Source: Candidatus Pullichristensenella sp.
GTDB taxonomy: Bacteria > Bacillota > Clostridia > Christensenellales > Aristaeellaceae
Direction: 5' to 3'
Length of the DNA: 64,000 nucleotides
NCBI GenBank assembly: GCA_040772885.1
Contig: JAXGXF010000003.1
Coordinates: 190,373-254,372, forward strand
Shown: piece by piece, positions 1-8,602 of the stretch
Numbering within the stretch: the first letter of the stretch is position 1
How the letters are laid out: each line of letters begins with the position of its first letter
Notes under the pieces: model-generated
The model's database searches: none
Seen by the model: the letters and a program-made list of their open reading frames with translations, nothing else
Told to the model about the DNA's origin: nothing
Position numbers and translations under genes: made by a program

Positions 1-1549
1 GCCGGTAGAGGCGGGCGGCCGCGGCGCTCAGGGAGGCCTCGGCGCGCTCCAATGCCTGGGAGATGCGGTCGATCTGGTCCAGGAAGTGATCGGTCGCGCC
101 TCCGACGGCGTCGGGAAGCTGGTTCAGCGCGTCGGCGATGCCCGCGGACAGGTAGTCCACGCGCTTGGTGAACTCCGCCATGTAGTCGCGGAAGCTGTCG
201 AGCGTGTCGGAGAGGTCGAGCCGCAATTGCTCGCCGATTCGCTGGCGGTTGTTCTCGAGCATCGCGCCGGTCGCGCGGAGCTCGCCCGCGGCCTTCATGA
301 GGCCCGCGGTCGATTCGCCGCTGACCTCGCTGAACCGCTGGAGCATCGCCTTCTGCGCCTCCTGCAGGGACAGCATCGACCGGTTCAGCTCGCCGTGCAT
401 CGCTGAAACGCTCTTCAGATACGAGTTCTGCTGCCCCGCGACCAATTCCATCTTCTCGACGTTCGACGCGATGCGCAGATAGCTGTCGTCCGCGCGGGTC
501 TGCGTATGCTTGAGGCTCTCCATGTACCCCTCGAGCTTTCCGACCATGTCCTCGAGGTTCTTCTCGAGCTGCGCGGCGTTTTTGAGCACCTTCTCGGCGT
601 TCTGCATGCCCTCCTGGACGATCGCAGTCGCCGCGAGCTGGCTCCTGCAGGTCGAGTCGATCACGTCGGACAGGTTTTTGAGCTCGCCCTCGAGCATCTC
701 GTCGACGCGCTCGACAAACCGCCCGGCGACCTTGTCGATCAGGCGCATCTGCTGCTGCGTGTTGACGGCCATGAAGTTCTCGAGGCTCTCCTGGATCGGC
801 GCGAGGGCGCCCGTAAGCGCCGTCTCGAATTTCTCCGAGAAGCCGCCGCCGATCTCCTGCGCGATCGTCTGGATCAAGGACGTCTGCTCCTGCTGGTAGA
901 TCGCGATCTGCGTCATCGGATCGACCGAGAGAACGCCCGCGTACCGGCTCATCGCGCCGTAAAAGTCCTGCAGCGTGTGCTGCGTCGAGCCGCTGATGAA
1001 CCGCGTGATCAATGTGAAGCTGATCGAGCCGACGACGCCCCAGATCGACGTCATGAACGCGTAGCGCATGCCGGGGATGAGCGTCACGATCGAGTGCTGC
1101 ACGGCCTCGGCGTCCGACATGCTGAACCCGGTCAGGCCCTCGGTCAGCCCCATCAGCGTTCCGAGGAAGCCCAAGGACACCATCAGCCCCGGGATCGCCT
1201 CCGCGAACGACATGCGGCCCGGGCCGTAGATGACGGTGTCCTCGTTTATGTAATCCTCGACGTTCGACGCGTTGTGGTACACGCCGTCTGCGAAGAACAG
1301 GTTGTTCAGGTACTCGCTCCAGTGCGGGAAGAGCCTGCCCTTTCCCAGGAACTTGTCCTCCTGCCAGGACCGCTTCCCGCTCGCGCCCTTCTTGATCAGC
1401 CGGATCGCGCGCTTGAGCGTGCCCCGCGTGCGCGCGATCGGCACGATGCAGCGGAAAAAGCCCCACACAAAGAGCAGCACGATGACGGCGTAGACCAGCG
1501 CGTTGATCGCGCCGTCCGAAGCGTCGACAGCCCACTGTAGTATGTTCAT
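1..1549 (-). CDS. MotA/TolQ/ExbB-type proton-channel domain protein with a long helical C-terminal tail (3' end runs off the window)
   Basis: Absent from the ORF track because the window edge truncates it. My own reverse-strand translation starts at ATG 1549..1547 behind GGAGGGAAAC and gives MNILQWAVDASDGAINALVYAVIVLLFVWGFF (TM1). It continues with PGLMVSLGFLGTLMGL and YAFMTSIWGVVGSISFTLI, which are MotA/ExbB-like TM2/TM3 signatures. More than 300 aa of E/Q/L/A-rich helical sequence then follow, open down to position 2. Confidence 0.6.
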   Translation of the reverse strand, partial: MNILQWAVDASDGAINALVYAVIVLLFVWGFFRCIVPIARTRGTLKRAIRLIKKGASGKRSWQEDKFLGKGRLFPHWSEYLNNLFFADGVYHNASNVEDYINEDTVIYGPGRMSFAEAIPGLMVSLGFLGTLMGLTEGLTGFSMSDAEAVQHSIVTLIPGMRYAFMTSIWGVVGSISFTLITRFISGSTQHTLQDFYGAMSRYAGVLSVDPMTQIAIYQQEQTSLIQTIAQEIGGGFSEKFETALTGALAPIQESLENFMAVNTQQQMRLIDKVAGRFVERVDEMLEGELKNLSDVIDSTCRSQLAATAIVQEGMQNAEKVLKNAAQLEKNLEDMVGKLEGYMESLKHTQTRADDSYLRIASNVEKMELVAGQQNSYLKSVSAMHGELNRSMLSLQEAQKAMLQRFSEVSGESTAGLMKAAGELRATGAMLENNRQRIGEQLRLDLSDTLDSFRDYMAEFTKRVDYLSAGIADALNQLPDAVGGATDHFLDQIDRISQALERAEASLSAAAARLYR

Positions 1550-1726
1550 GTTTCCCTCCCGCATCGGCGCGCGCATGGTAAAGGCCGAAATTCTCCCGGA
1601 ATTTCAAGTCGAAGGGCCCGGCAAATACACCTATCAGTATACCATCGGGCATGGGGCGAAAAAAGGCAGATGGCATGACTTAATCGTGACAAATGCCCGG
1701 AACTGCGGTTTTTTTGGAACGGGATG

Positions 1727-3079
1727 CTATTTTCCGACACAGAAATTCCGGAAAATCGCGTCGAGAACGTCCTCCGTAGCGTTCTGGCCGGTGATCTGTG
1801 CGAGCAGCTTCTGCGCGCGCCAGAGGTCGTCCGCGGCTTGGTCGACGGGGATGCCGCCCTTGAGCGCGGCCTCGCAGGCGCGCAGGTGCTCCGCCGCCTT
1901 TTTCGCGAGCTCTATGTGGCGCTTCGCGGTGAATATGCCCTCGACCGCCGAGGAAGCGCCGAGCTTTTTGAGGATCATGGCCGTCAGCGCCTTGACGCCC
2001 GCGCCGCTCTTCGCCGAGAGCCGGACGCGGTCCAGGTTCGGCAGGGAACTCTCGCCGAGCCTCGGCGGGAGGTCGGCCTTGTTGAGGCAGAGGACATACC
2101 GCTCGTCCGCGTCCCGAAGGAGCGCGCGGTCGTCCGCGGTCAAGGGCTCGCTCAAATCCAGCACGAGCAGCACGACGTCCGCGCGGCTCAGGGCCCCGCG
2201 CGCGCGCCGGACGCCCAAAATTTCGATCTTGTCGCCGGTCTCGCGTATGCCCGCGGTATCCGAGAGCTCGACGTAGAGCCCGTTCAATTCGACGCGCTCG
2301 GTCAGGACGTCGCGGGTCGTGCCGGGGATGTCGGTCACGATCGCGCGCTCCTGTCTGACGAGCGCGTTCAGAAGCGACGACTTTCCGACGTTCGGCCTCC
2401 CGGCGAGCACGACGGACGCGCCCTCCCGGAGGATTCGCGCCGCGCGGGGGTCGAGCTTCTCCTCGATCTCCTCGGCGATCTCGCAGACCGCCTCGCAGAC
2501 CGCGCCGGCGACGAGCGGCTCCTCCATCTCCTCGGGGAAGTCGGTCGCGGCCTCGACGGTCGATAGCACGTCCGTCAACCGCTTCGACAGGTCCCCGACG
2601 AAGCTCGAGACGCCGCCTCCCAATTGCCGAAGCGACGCGCGCCGGGCCGCCTCGCCGCGCGCGCCGATCAGCTGCATCACGGCCTCGGCGCGACTCAAGT
2701 CGATCCTCCCGTTCAGAAACGCGCGCTTCGTGAACTCGCCGGGCTCGGCCATCTGCGCGCCCGCGCGGAGCACGCGGTTCAGAATGGCCTCCGAGCAGGC
2801 GGTTCCGCCGTGGCAGTGGATTTCGAGCACGTCCTCGCGCGTATACGAATGCGGCGCAATCATGATCACCGCCATGACCTCGTCGACGATCTCGCCGTTT
2901 TCCTCGACCACATGGCCGTAGTACATGCGGTGGGATTCGTATTCCGCCTCGATCACGGCCGGGCGGAACACGCTGCGCAGTATATGGCGCGATAGCTTCC
3001 CGCTGACGCGCACGATGGCGATGCCGCCTTCCCCCTGCGCGGTGGAAACGGCGGCAATCGTCGCCCTCTGACGCCGCAC
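1727..3079 (-). CDS. mnmE: tRNA modification GTPase MnmE (TrmE)
   Basis: 450-aa ORF. The N-terminus TIAAVSTAQGEGGIAIVRVSG, the G-domain GRPNVGKSSLLNAL and the C-terminal FCVGK are all typical of MnmE. The GTG start lies 4 nt after the dnaN stop. Confidence 0.93.
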   Translation of the reverse strand: MRRQRATIAAVSTAQGEGGIAIVRVSGKLSRHILRSVFRPAVIEAEYESHRMYYGHVVEENGEIVDEVMAVIMIAPHSYTREDVLEIHCHGGTACSEAILNRVLRAGAQMAEPGEFTKRAFLNGRIDLSRAEAVMQLIGARGEAARRASLRQLGGGVSSFVGDLSKRLTDVLSTVEAATDFPEEMEEPLVAGAVCEAVCEIAEEIEEKLDPRAARILREGASVVLAGRPNVGKSSLLNALVRQERAIVTDIPGTTRDVLTERVELNGLYVELSDTAGIRETGDKIEILGVRRARGALSRADVVLLVLDLSEPLTADDRALLRDADERYVLCLNKADLPPRLGESSLPNLDRVRLSAKSGAGVKALTAMILKKLGASSAVEGIFTAKRHIELAKKAAEHLRACEAALKGGIPVDQAADDLWRAQKLLAQITGQNATEDVLDAIFRNFCVGK

Positions 3080-3083
3080 CGGA

Positions 3084-4190
3084 TCAGTAGGCTGTGCGCA
3101 CCGGGAGCACCAGATGCACGTAGTCGCCGTCGCCGACCGGGGAGATGACGCAGGGGCTCAGGCTGCTGGTGAAGCTCATCTCGACCGACTCCGCGTCGAT
3201 CGCGCGCACGACGTCCATCATATAGCGGACGTTGAACGCGATCGCGAGCTCGCTGCCGTCGATCTCGACCTCCATCTCCTCGTGCGCGTCGCCCATCTGG
3301 GAGTTCGCCTCGATCTCCAGTATGCCGTCGTGCAGGTAGAAGCGGATCAGGTTGTTGCTGCCCTCCCTCGCGAGCAGCGCCGCGCGGTCGATCGCGCGCC
3401 TAAGCGCCTCGAGGTTCACGATCGCGCGCATGTTGAACGACGTCGGGAGGATGCGCCGGTAGTTGATGTACTCGCCGTCGACGAGCATCACGTACACGTC
3501 GGTCTTCTGGAGCCGTATCTGCAGCTTGTTTCCGTTGAAGTTGAGCGTCGCGAACGCGTCCTCCTCGCCGCTCAGAAGCTTTCCGATGTCGCCGACCGCG
3601 CGGCCGGGGATGATCGCGGACACGTTTTCGAGCACGTCCGAGCACTTCGCGCGCTTATAGGCCATCCGGAAGCCGTCGAGCGCGACCATCGTCACGTCGC
3701 CGCCGGCGATCTCGAGCAGGCACCCCGTCAGCACCTCGCGCGCGTCGTCGGAGGCGATCGCGAACTCGGTCTTCTGGATCATGTCCCGGAGCATGTCCTG
3801 CGGCAGCGTGATCTCGCAGTCGCCGTCGATCTTCGGGAGCGCCGGATAGAGGTCCGGGTCCTGCCCGGCGACGTTGAGGCGCGACGCGCCCGAGGTCAGC
3901 GTAAACAGGAAGCGGTCGCTCATGCGGACCTCGGTCGTATCCGTCGGGAGCCTGCGCACGATCTCGCTGAACAGCTTTCCGGGCAGCACGCCGCGGCCGA
4001 ACTCGCGGACGTCGCAGTCGACGCGCGTCGTGATCGTCAGACGCTCGTCGGACGCCGTAAGCTGTATCCGCCCGCTCTGGGCCTCCAGCAGGACTCCCTC
4101 CAGGATCGGGTTCGTCGTCCGGGCCGTCAGCGCGCGGGTCACGATTTGAAGCCCTTCCATCAGGGCCGGGGTGGGGCAGGTGAAGCGCAT
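3084..4190 (-). CDS. dnaN: DNA polymerase III beta subunit (sliding clamp)
   Basis: The ORF 3084..4211 is trimmed to the ATG at 4190 (MRFTC...), which is preceded by GGAGGGAGAAAT. Length and sequence are beta-clamp-like, and the gene lies immediately downstream of dnaA. Confidence 0.95.
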   Translation of the reverse strand: MRFTCPTPALMEGLQIVTRALTARTTNPILEGVLLEAQSGRIQLTASDERLTITTRVDCDVREFGRGVLPGKLFSEIVRRLPTDTTEVRMSDRFLFTLTSGASRLNVAGQDPDLYPALPKIDGDCEITLPQDMLRDMIQKTEFAIASDDAREVLTGCLLEIAGGDVTMVALDGFRMAYKRAKCSDVLENVSAIIPGRAVGDIGKLLSGEEDAFATLNFNGNKLQIRLQKTDVYVMLVDGEYINYRRILPTSFNMRAIVNLEALRRAIDRAALLAREGSNNLIRFYLHDGILEIEANSQMGDAHEEMEVEIDGSELAIAFNVRYMMDVVRAIDAESVEMSFTSSLSPCVISPVGDGDYVHLVLPVRTAY

Positions 4191-4254
4191 ATTTCTCCCT
4201 CCGAATGTCATTTATATATGGATGGAACCGACGTAGCCGTAGTGCGGTGGAAAC

Positions 4255-4263
4255 TGTGGAAAA
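4255..4263. promoter_or_regulatory. DnaA-box-like 9-mer TGTGGAAAA (1 mismatch to TGTGGATAA) in the dnaA-dnaN spacer
   Basis: Read directly from the sequence. It is the only good box I found in the 170-bp spacer 4191..4360. Confidence 0.35.
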
Positions 4264-4360
4264 CCGCGAAAAGGCCCTGCCGCGCCTGAAAAAGATGTCA
4301 ACAGCCGGTGTAGACAACCTGTGGGCGCCGGGGCGGGTTGTGAACAGGTCCCCCCAAGGT

Positions 4361-5674
4361 TCAGCGCCGCTTCGCGAATTCGATCAGCTCCTCGACGGTC
4401 TTTCGGAACCTGATATCCGTCTTCATCGTGCCCGCGATCTTGTCGCAGGCGTGCATGACCGTCGAGTGGTCGCGCTTGAACACGCGGCCGATCGCCGTCG
4501 TCGAGAGCGGCGTCAATTCCCGGAGCATGTACATGGACACCTGCCGGGGAAGCGCGACCTCGCGGCTCCTGCGCTTTCCGACGACCTCGTCCTCGCCGAC
4601 GGAGAAGTGCGACGAGACGAGCTGTATGATCGACTCCGCGGTGATCTTCCGGGCCTCGCGCGTCGAGAGCAGGGACGAGAGCGTCTCCCGCGCCATCTCG
4701 AGCGCGATCGGCTTTCCCATCAACTGCGACTGCGCGTTGACCCTCGTCAGCGCGCCCTCGAGCTCGCGTATGTTCGACTCGACGCGCTCGGCGATGTACT
4801 CGAGCACCTCGGTCGGCGTGTCGATCTCCTCATCGTCCGCCTTTCTGCGCAGGATTGCGACCCTCGTCTCGAAGTCCGGCTTCTGCACGTCCACCGGCAG
4901 CCCCCACTCGAAGCGCGAGCGCAGCCGCTCCTCGATCGCCGAGAGGTCCTTCGGCGAGCGGTCGGACGAGACGATGATCTGCTTGCCCTTCGTGTGCAGG
5001 TCGTTGAACGTGTGGAAGAACTCCTCCTGCGTCGCGACGGTCTTTGACAAAAACTGTATGTCGTCGACCAATAGGACGTCGACGTTGCGCATTTTGTTGC
5101 GCAGCTCCGCCGTCCCCTTCTTTTTGACGATCGCGTCGATCAGCTCGTTTGTAAACGTCTCGGACGTGATGAACAGCACGTTTGCCTGCGGGTCGTTCGC
5201 GCGAATGAAGTTGCCGATCGCGTTCATCAGATGCGTCTTGCCGAGGCCGACGCCGCCGTAGATGAACAGCGGGTTGTACGCCGCGCCCCGGGGCTGCTCG
5301 GCGACCGCGAGCGCCGCCGCGTGCGCGAAGCTGTTCGACGCGCCCACGACGAAGTTGTCGAACGTGTAGCGCGGGTTCAGCATCGTCGACGAGATCTCCT
5401 TGACCTGCCGCTCGAGCTCCTCGCGCGTGTAGATTTCAATGTCGTAGACCCTGCCGAAGGTCGCCCCGAACACGTTCGACATGATCGTCAGATACCTCTG
5501 GCGCAGGTTGTTGACGATCATCGAGTTGTCCGCCTCGATGATGATCGCGTCCTGTCGGACGGCGTTTAGCCGAAGCGTTTCAAACCACGTCGCGAAGCTC
5601 GTGGGATTCAGGTCGTTTTTGAACATGTTCATCGCCTTTTCCCAGGCGGCGAAGTGCTCCTTGGTGTATTGCAT
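4361..5674 (-). CDS. dnaA: chromosomal replication initiator protein DnaA
   Basis: 437 aa with Walker A GGVGLGKTHL and a C-terminal DNA-binding region (RREVALPRQVSMYMLRELT, VFKRDHSTVMHACDKI). The RBS GGAGGACGCCG precedes the ATG. Confidence 0.97.
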   Translation of the reverse strand: MQYTKEHFAAWEKAMNMFKNDLNPTSFATWFETLRLNAVRQDAIIIEADNSMIVNNLRQRYLTIMSNVFGATFGRVYDIEIYTREELERQVKEISSTMLNPRYTFDNFVVGASNSFAHAAALAVAEQPRGAAYNPLFIYGGVGLGKTHLMNAIGNFIRANDPQANVLFITSETFTNELIDAIVKKKGTAELRNKMRNVDVLLVDDIQFLSKTVATQEEFFHTFNDLHTKGKQIIVSSDRSPKDLSAIEERLRSRFEWGLPVDVQKPDFETRVAILRRKADDEEIDTPTEVLEYIAERVESNIRELEGALTRVNAQSQLMGKPIALEMARETLSSLLSTREARKITAESIIQLVSSHFSVGEDEVVGKRRSREVALPRQVSMYMLRELTPLSTTAIGRVFKRDHSTVMHACDKIAGTMKTDIRFRKTVEELIEFAKRR

Positions 5675-5692
5675 CGGCGTCCTCCGGCGTAG

Positions 5693-5723
5693 TTATCCAC
5701 AGTTTATTCACAGGTGTGGAAAT
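5693..5723. promoter_or_regulatory. DnaA box cluster
   Basis: The cluster holds a perfect TTATCCACA (5693..5701), TTATTCACA (5704..5712, 1 mismatch) and an inverted TGTGGAAAT (5715..5723). Further boxes are TGTTGATAA at 5795..5803 (1 mismatch) and GGTGGATAG at 5818..5826. Confidence 0.6.
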
Positions 5724-5890
5724 TATGACAATAACTAGGGGATTTCATTGTATCAGACCGCGCGGCAAAGTGCAAGATGCCCCGCAGATTTTCCTGTTGA
5801 TAAAGCTGTTGACAACCGGTGGATAGGATGCGGAAATTGTGTTTACAATATGACAGAAATCCAACGCTTTTTGTCACAGCGCGGGATTGG

Positions 5891-5919
5891 TTGAAAAAGG
5901 GTCGCATCGAGGGTATAAT
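5891..5919 (+). promoter_or_regulatory. sigma-A-type promoter upstream of ftsK
   Basis: TTGAAA (5891..5896), a 17-nt spacer, then TATAAT (5914..5919). Confidence 0.5.
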
Positions 5920-6004
5920 CTATGATGCCGGCAGTGCCGGCTCCAATTAAATGGCTTCGTTTTTCGGCAAGGGAGTTTATTTTTCGCGCGCGCGGAGGGG
6001 GATT

Positions 6005-8602
6005 ATGGCAAAAAAGAAGGCGCCGGTTGTGGAAAAGAGGTCGGGGGCGCTGCCGGCGGTCCTGTCGGCCGCGGGCTTCCTCCTCGCGCTCGCGTCCGTG
6101 TTCGCGCTGATCGCGTCGAACTGGATGCCGGAGCTCCATGGCGTCGACCTGGTCCTTCGCGGGCTCGGCGGCGGCATGCGCGTGCTGCTCCCGGCGCTGT
6201 TTGCGTGGCTGGGTGTGCTGTTCGCAAACGCCGCGCGCGGCAGGAGGATCGCCCTCTGGAGGGTGTTCTTCAACGCGCTGTTCGTGCTGTTCCTGTTCTC
6301 GGCGGTGCACATGTTCTCCGCGGAGTACATAGACAAAAACGGCTATCACGTGACGCAGGCATTGGGCTACGGCGATTTCCTGAACAAGTCGTACGCGTTC
6401 GGCGTCGGCGGCGGCGCGGCCGGCGCGCTGTTTGGCGGCGTGCTGTACCGCAACCTCGGCACCTGGGGCGGGTTCTTCGCCTCGCTCGCGCTCGCGGCGC
6501 TTTGCCTCGCGGCGACCGGCAGCCTCGGCAAGTGGCTGCGCAGGTTGCGGGAGCGGTCCGAGCGGATCAGGGCCGGGCGGGCCGAGCAGGAGAAGCTCCG
6601 CGCCGAGCGCGAGGCCGACCGGAACTTTGACCTCGACCGCCGCACGATGCTCAAGCCCGAGCAATTGATATCGCCCCGGCCCCCGCAGAGGCGGCCGCAC
6701 GCGGCGCCGAATCCCATCGAGGCCGCGGCGTCCGGGCCGCGGAGGGAGGCGGCGCCCCCGAAGCCGGCCGCGACCCAGAGGCGCGTCCCGACGAAGCCGA
6801 GGATCTACAACGAGACGGTCGACAGGGGGCGTGCACCCGCGGCGCCGGTTCCCGAATCGTTCGGCCCGGTGATCCGCCCGTCGATGCCGGTAGCACCGGT
6901 AGCACCGGTAGCACCGGTCGCGCCGGTAGCACCGGTCGCGCCGGCCGCGCCGGCCGCGCCGGTATTGCGCGAGCCGTTCAAGCCGGCGAAGCCCGGGCGC
7001 GTCGTCAAGAAGCCCTCCGAGGACGGCAGGGAGGATTTGACGATCGAGCCGGACGAGTACGAATTGCCCGACGAGGACGCCGCGCCGTTCGACGTGCCCG
7101 CCTCGAAGAAGCGAAAGCCGCTTCCGAAGTTCAAGAAGGGCGAGCCGGAGGAGGAGGCGCTCTACAACTACCCGCCGATCGACATCCTCTCGCACGGGCA
7201 GGCGCTCGACAAGCTCGAGAGCGACCAGTCCGACCTCGAGAAGGCGGAGCTGCTCGCGGAGACGCTCAAGAGCTTCGGCATCGACACGAAGCTGACCGGC
7301 ATCGCGCACGGCCCGGCGGTCACGCGGTTCGAATTGCAGCCCGCGCCGGGCGTCAAGGTCAGCCGCATCACCTCGCTCTCGGACGACATCGCGCTGAACC
7401 TCGCGGCCGAGCGCGTGCGCATCGAGGCGCCGATCCCGGGGAAGGCCGCGGTCGGCGTCGAGATCCCCAACGACAAGGTCGAGACGGTCGCGCTGCGCGA
7501 CGTGCTCGAGTCGGCGGACGCCCGCAGGCACGCGTCCCGCGTCGCGGTCGGGCTCGGCAAGGACAACTCCGGCCGCTACATCGTCGCCGACATCGCGAAG
7601 ATGCCGCACGTGCTGATCGCGGGGCAGACCGGCTCCGGAAAGTCGGTGTGCATCAACTCGATCATCGTATCGATCCTCTACCGCGCGACGCCGGACGAGG
7701 TGAAGCTGATTCTGATCGACCCGAAGGTCGTCGAGCTATCGGTCTACAACGGAATTCCCCACCTGATCGCGCCGGTCGTGACCGACCCCAAGAAGGCCGC
7801 GAGCGCGCTCGACTGGGCGGTCGCCGAGATGGGCGCGCGCTACAAGCGGTTCGCCGAGCGCGGCGTTCGCGACATCCGCGGCTACAACAAGGCGCTCGAG
7901 GCCGGCGAAAAGCCGATGTCGCAGATCGTGATCATCATCGACGAATTGGCCGACCTGATGATGGTCGCGCCGGGCGAGGTCGAGGACAGCATCTGCCGGC
8001 TCGCGCAATTGGCGCGCGCGGCGGGCATGCACCTCGTCATCGCGACGCAGCGGCCGTCCGTCAACGTCATCACCGGCATCATCAAGGCGAACATCCCGAC
8101 GCGCATCGCGTTCTCGGTCGCCTCGCAGGTCGACTCGCGCACGATGATCGACCACGGCGGCGCGGAGAAGCTGCTCGGAAACGGCGACATGCTGTTCGTG
8201 CCGTCCGGCATCAATAAGCCCATGCGCGTGCAGGGCTCGTGGGTCAGCGACCAGGAGGTCAACGCGGTCACGCAGTACATCAAGGAGCGGCACGAGACGA
8301 CCTACGACGAGGACGTGGTCGAAAGGCTCAACCAGTCCGTGCTCTCCGACGCCGAAAAGGAAGAGATGAACGAAGAGTACGACCCGCGGCTTCCCGAGGC
8401 GGTCGACATCGTGCTCGAGGCCGGGCAGGCGTCGATCTCGATGCTGCAGAGGCGCATGCGCGTCGGCTACGCGCGCGCGGGCAGGCTCATCGACGAGATG
8501 GCGCAGCGGGGCATCGTCTCCGAGGCCGACGGCGCGAAGCCGCGCACGGTGCTCATCTCCCGGGATCAGTTTCAACAGATGTTTGAGGAAGAGGACGCAT
8601 GA
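6005..8602 (+). CDS. ftsK: DNA translocase FtsK/SpoIIIE
   Basis: The ORF 5951..8602 is trimmed to the ATG at 6005 (MAKKKAP), which follows GGAGGGGGATT. It has N-terminal TM helices, a Pro-rich linker, the motor domain GQTGSGKSV and a C-terminal gamma winged-helix (SISMLQRRMRVGYARAGRLID). Confidence 0.93.
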   Translation: MAKKKAPVVEKRSGALPAVLSAAGFLLALASVFALIASNWMPELHGVDLVLRGLGGGMRVLLPALFAWLGVLFANAARGRRIALWRVFFNALFVLFLFSAVHMFSAEYIDKNGYHVTQALGYGDFLNKSYAFGVGGGAAGALFGGVLYRNLGTWGGFFASLALAALCLAATGSLGKWLRRLRERSERIRAGRAEQEKLRAEREADRNFDLDRRTMLKPEQLISPRPPQRRPHAAPNPIEAAASGPRREAAPPKPAATQRRVPTKPRIYNETVDRGRAPAAPVPESFGPVIRPSMPVAPVAPVAPVAPVAPVAPAAPAAPVLREPFKPAKPGRVVKKPSEDGREDLTIEPDEYELPDEDAAPFDVPASKKRKPLPKFKKGEPEEEALYNYPPIDILSHGQALDKLESDQSDLEKAELLAETLKSFGIDTKLTGIAHGPAVTRFELQPAPGVKVSRITSLSDDIALNLAAERVRIEAPIPGKAAVGVEIPNDKVETVALRDVLESADARRHASRVAVGLGKDNSGRYIVADIAKMPHVLIAGQTGSGKSVCINSIIVSILYRATPDEVKLILIDPKVVELSVYNGIPHLIAPVVTDPKKAASALDWAVAEMGARYKRFAERGVRDIRGYNKALEAGEKPMSQIVIIIDELADLMMVAPGEVEDSICRLAQLARAAGMHLVIATQRPSVNVITGIIKANIPTRIAFSVASQVDSRTMIDHGGAEKLLGNGDMLFVPSGINKPMRVQGSWVSDQEVNAVTQYIKERHETTYDEDVVERLNQSVLSDAEKEEMNEEYDPRLPEAVDIVLEAGQASISMLQRRMRVGYARAGRLIDEMAQRGIVSEADGAKPRTVLISRDQFQQMFEEEDA
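6887..6958 (+). repeat. 8 tandem 9-bp units (CCGGTAGCA / CCGGTCGCG / CCGGCCGCG) encoding (PVA)6(PAA)2 in the FtsK linker
   Basis: Read directly from the sequence. The repeat is in frame with ftsK. Confidence 0.9.

Larger units (their letters stand above)
5675..6004. other. candidate oriC / divergent dnaA-ftsK control region
   Basis: This is a 330-bp non-coding stretch that is visibly more AT-rich than its flanks. It carries clustered DnaA boxes. Gene orientation switches here, with minus-strand genes to the left and plus-strand genes to the right. Confidence 0.55.

Noticed and set aside
1546-1740. 64-aa minus-strand ORF between mnmE and the MotA-like gene
   Set aside because: It is out of frame with the MotA-like start and has no RBS. 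The region looks like a promoter and leader.
5843-7609. 588-aa ORF on the minus strand, plus the nested ORFs across 6000..7600
   Set aside because: These are antisense or off-frame to ftsK and run through the candidate oriC. They are Arg/Pro-rich nonsense.
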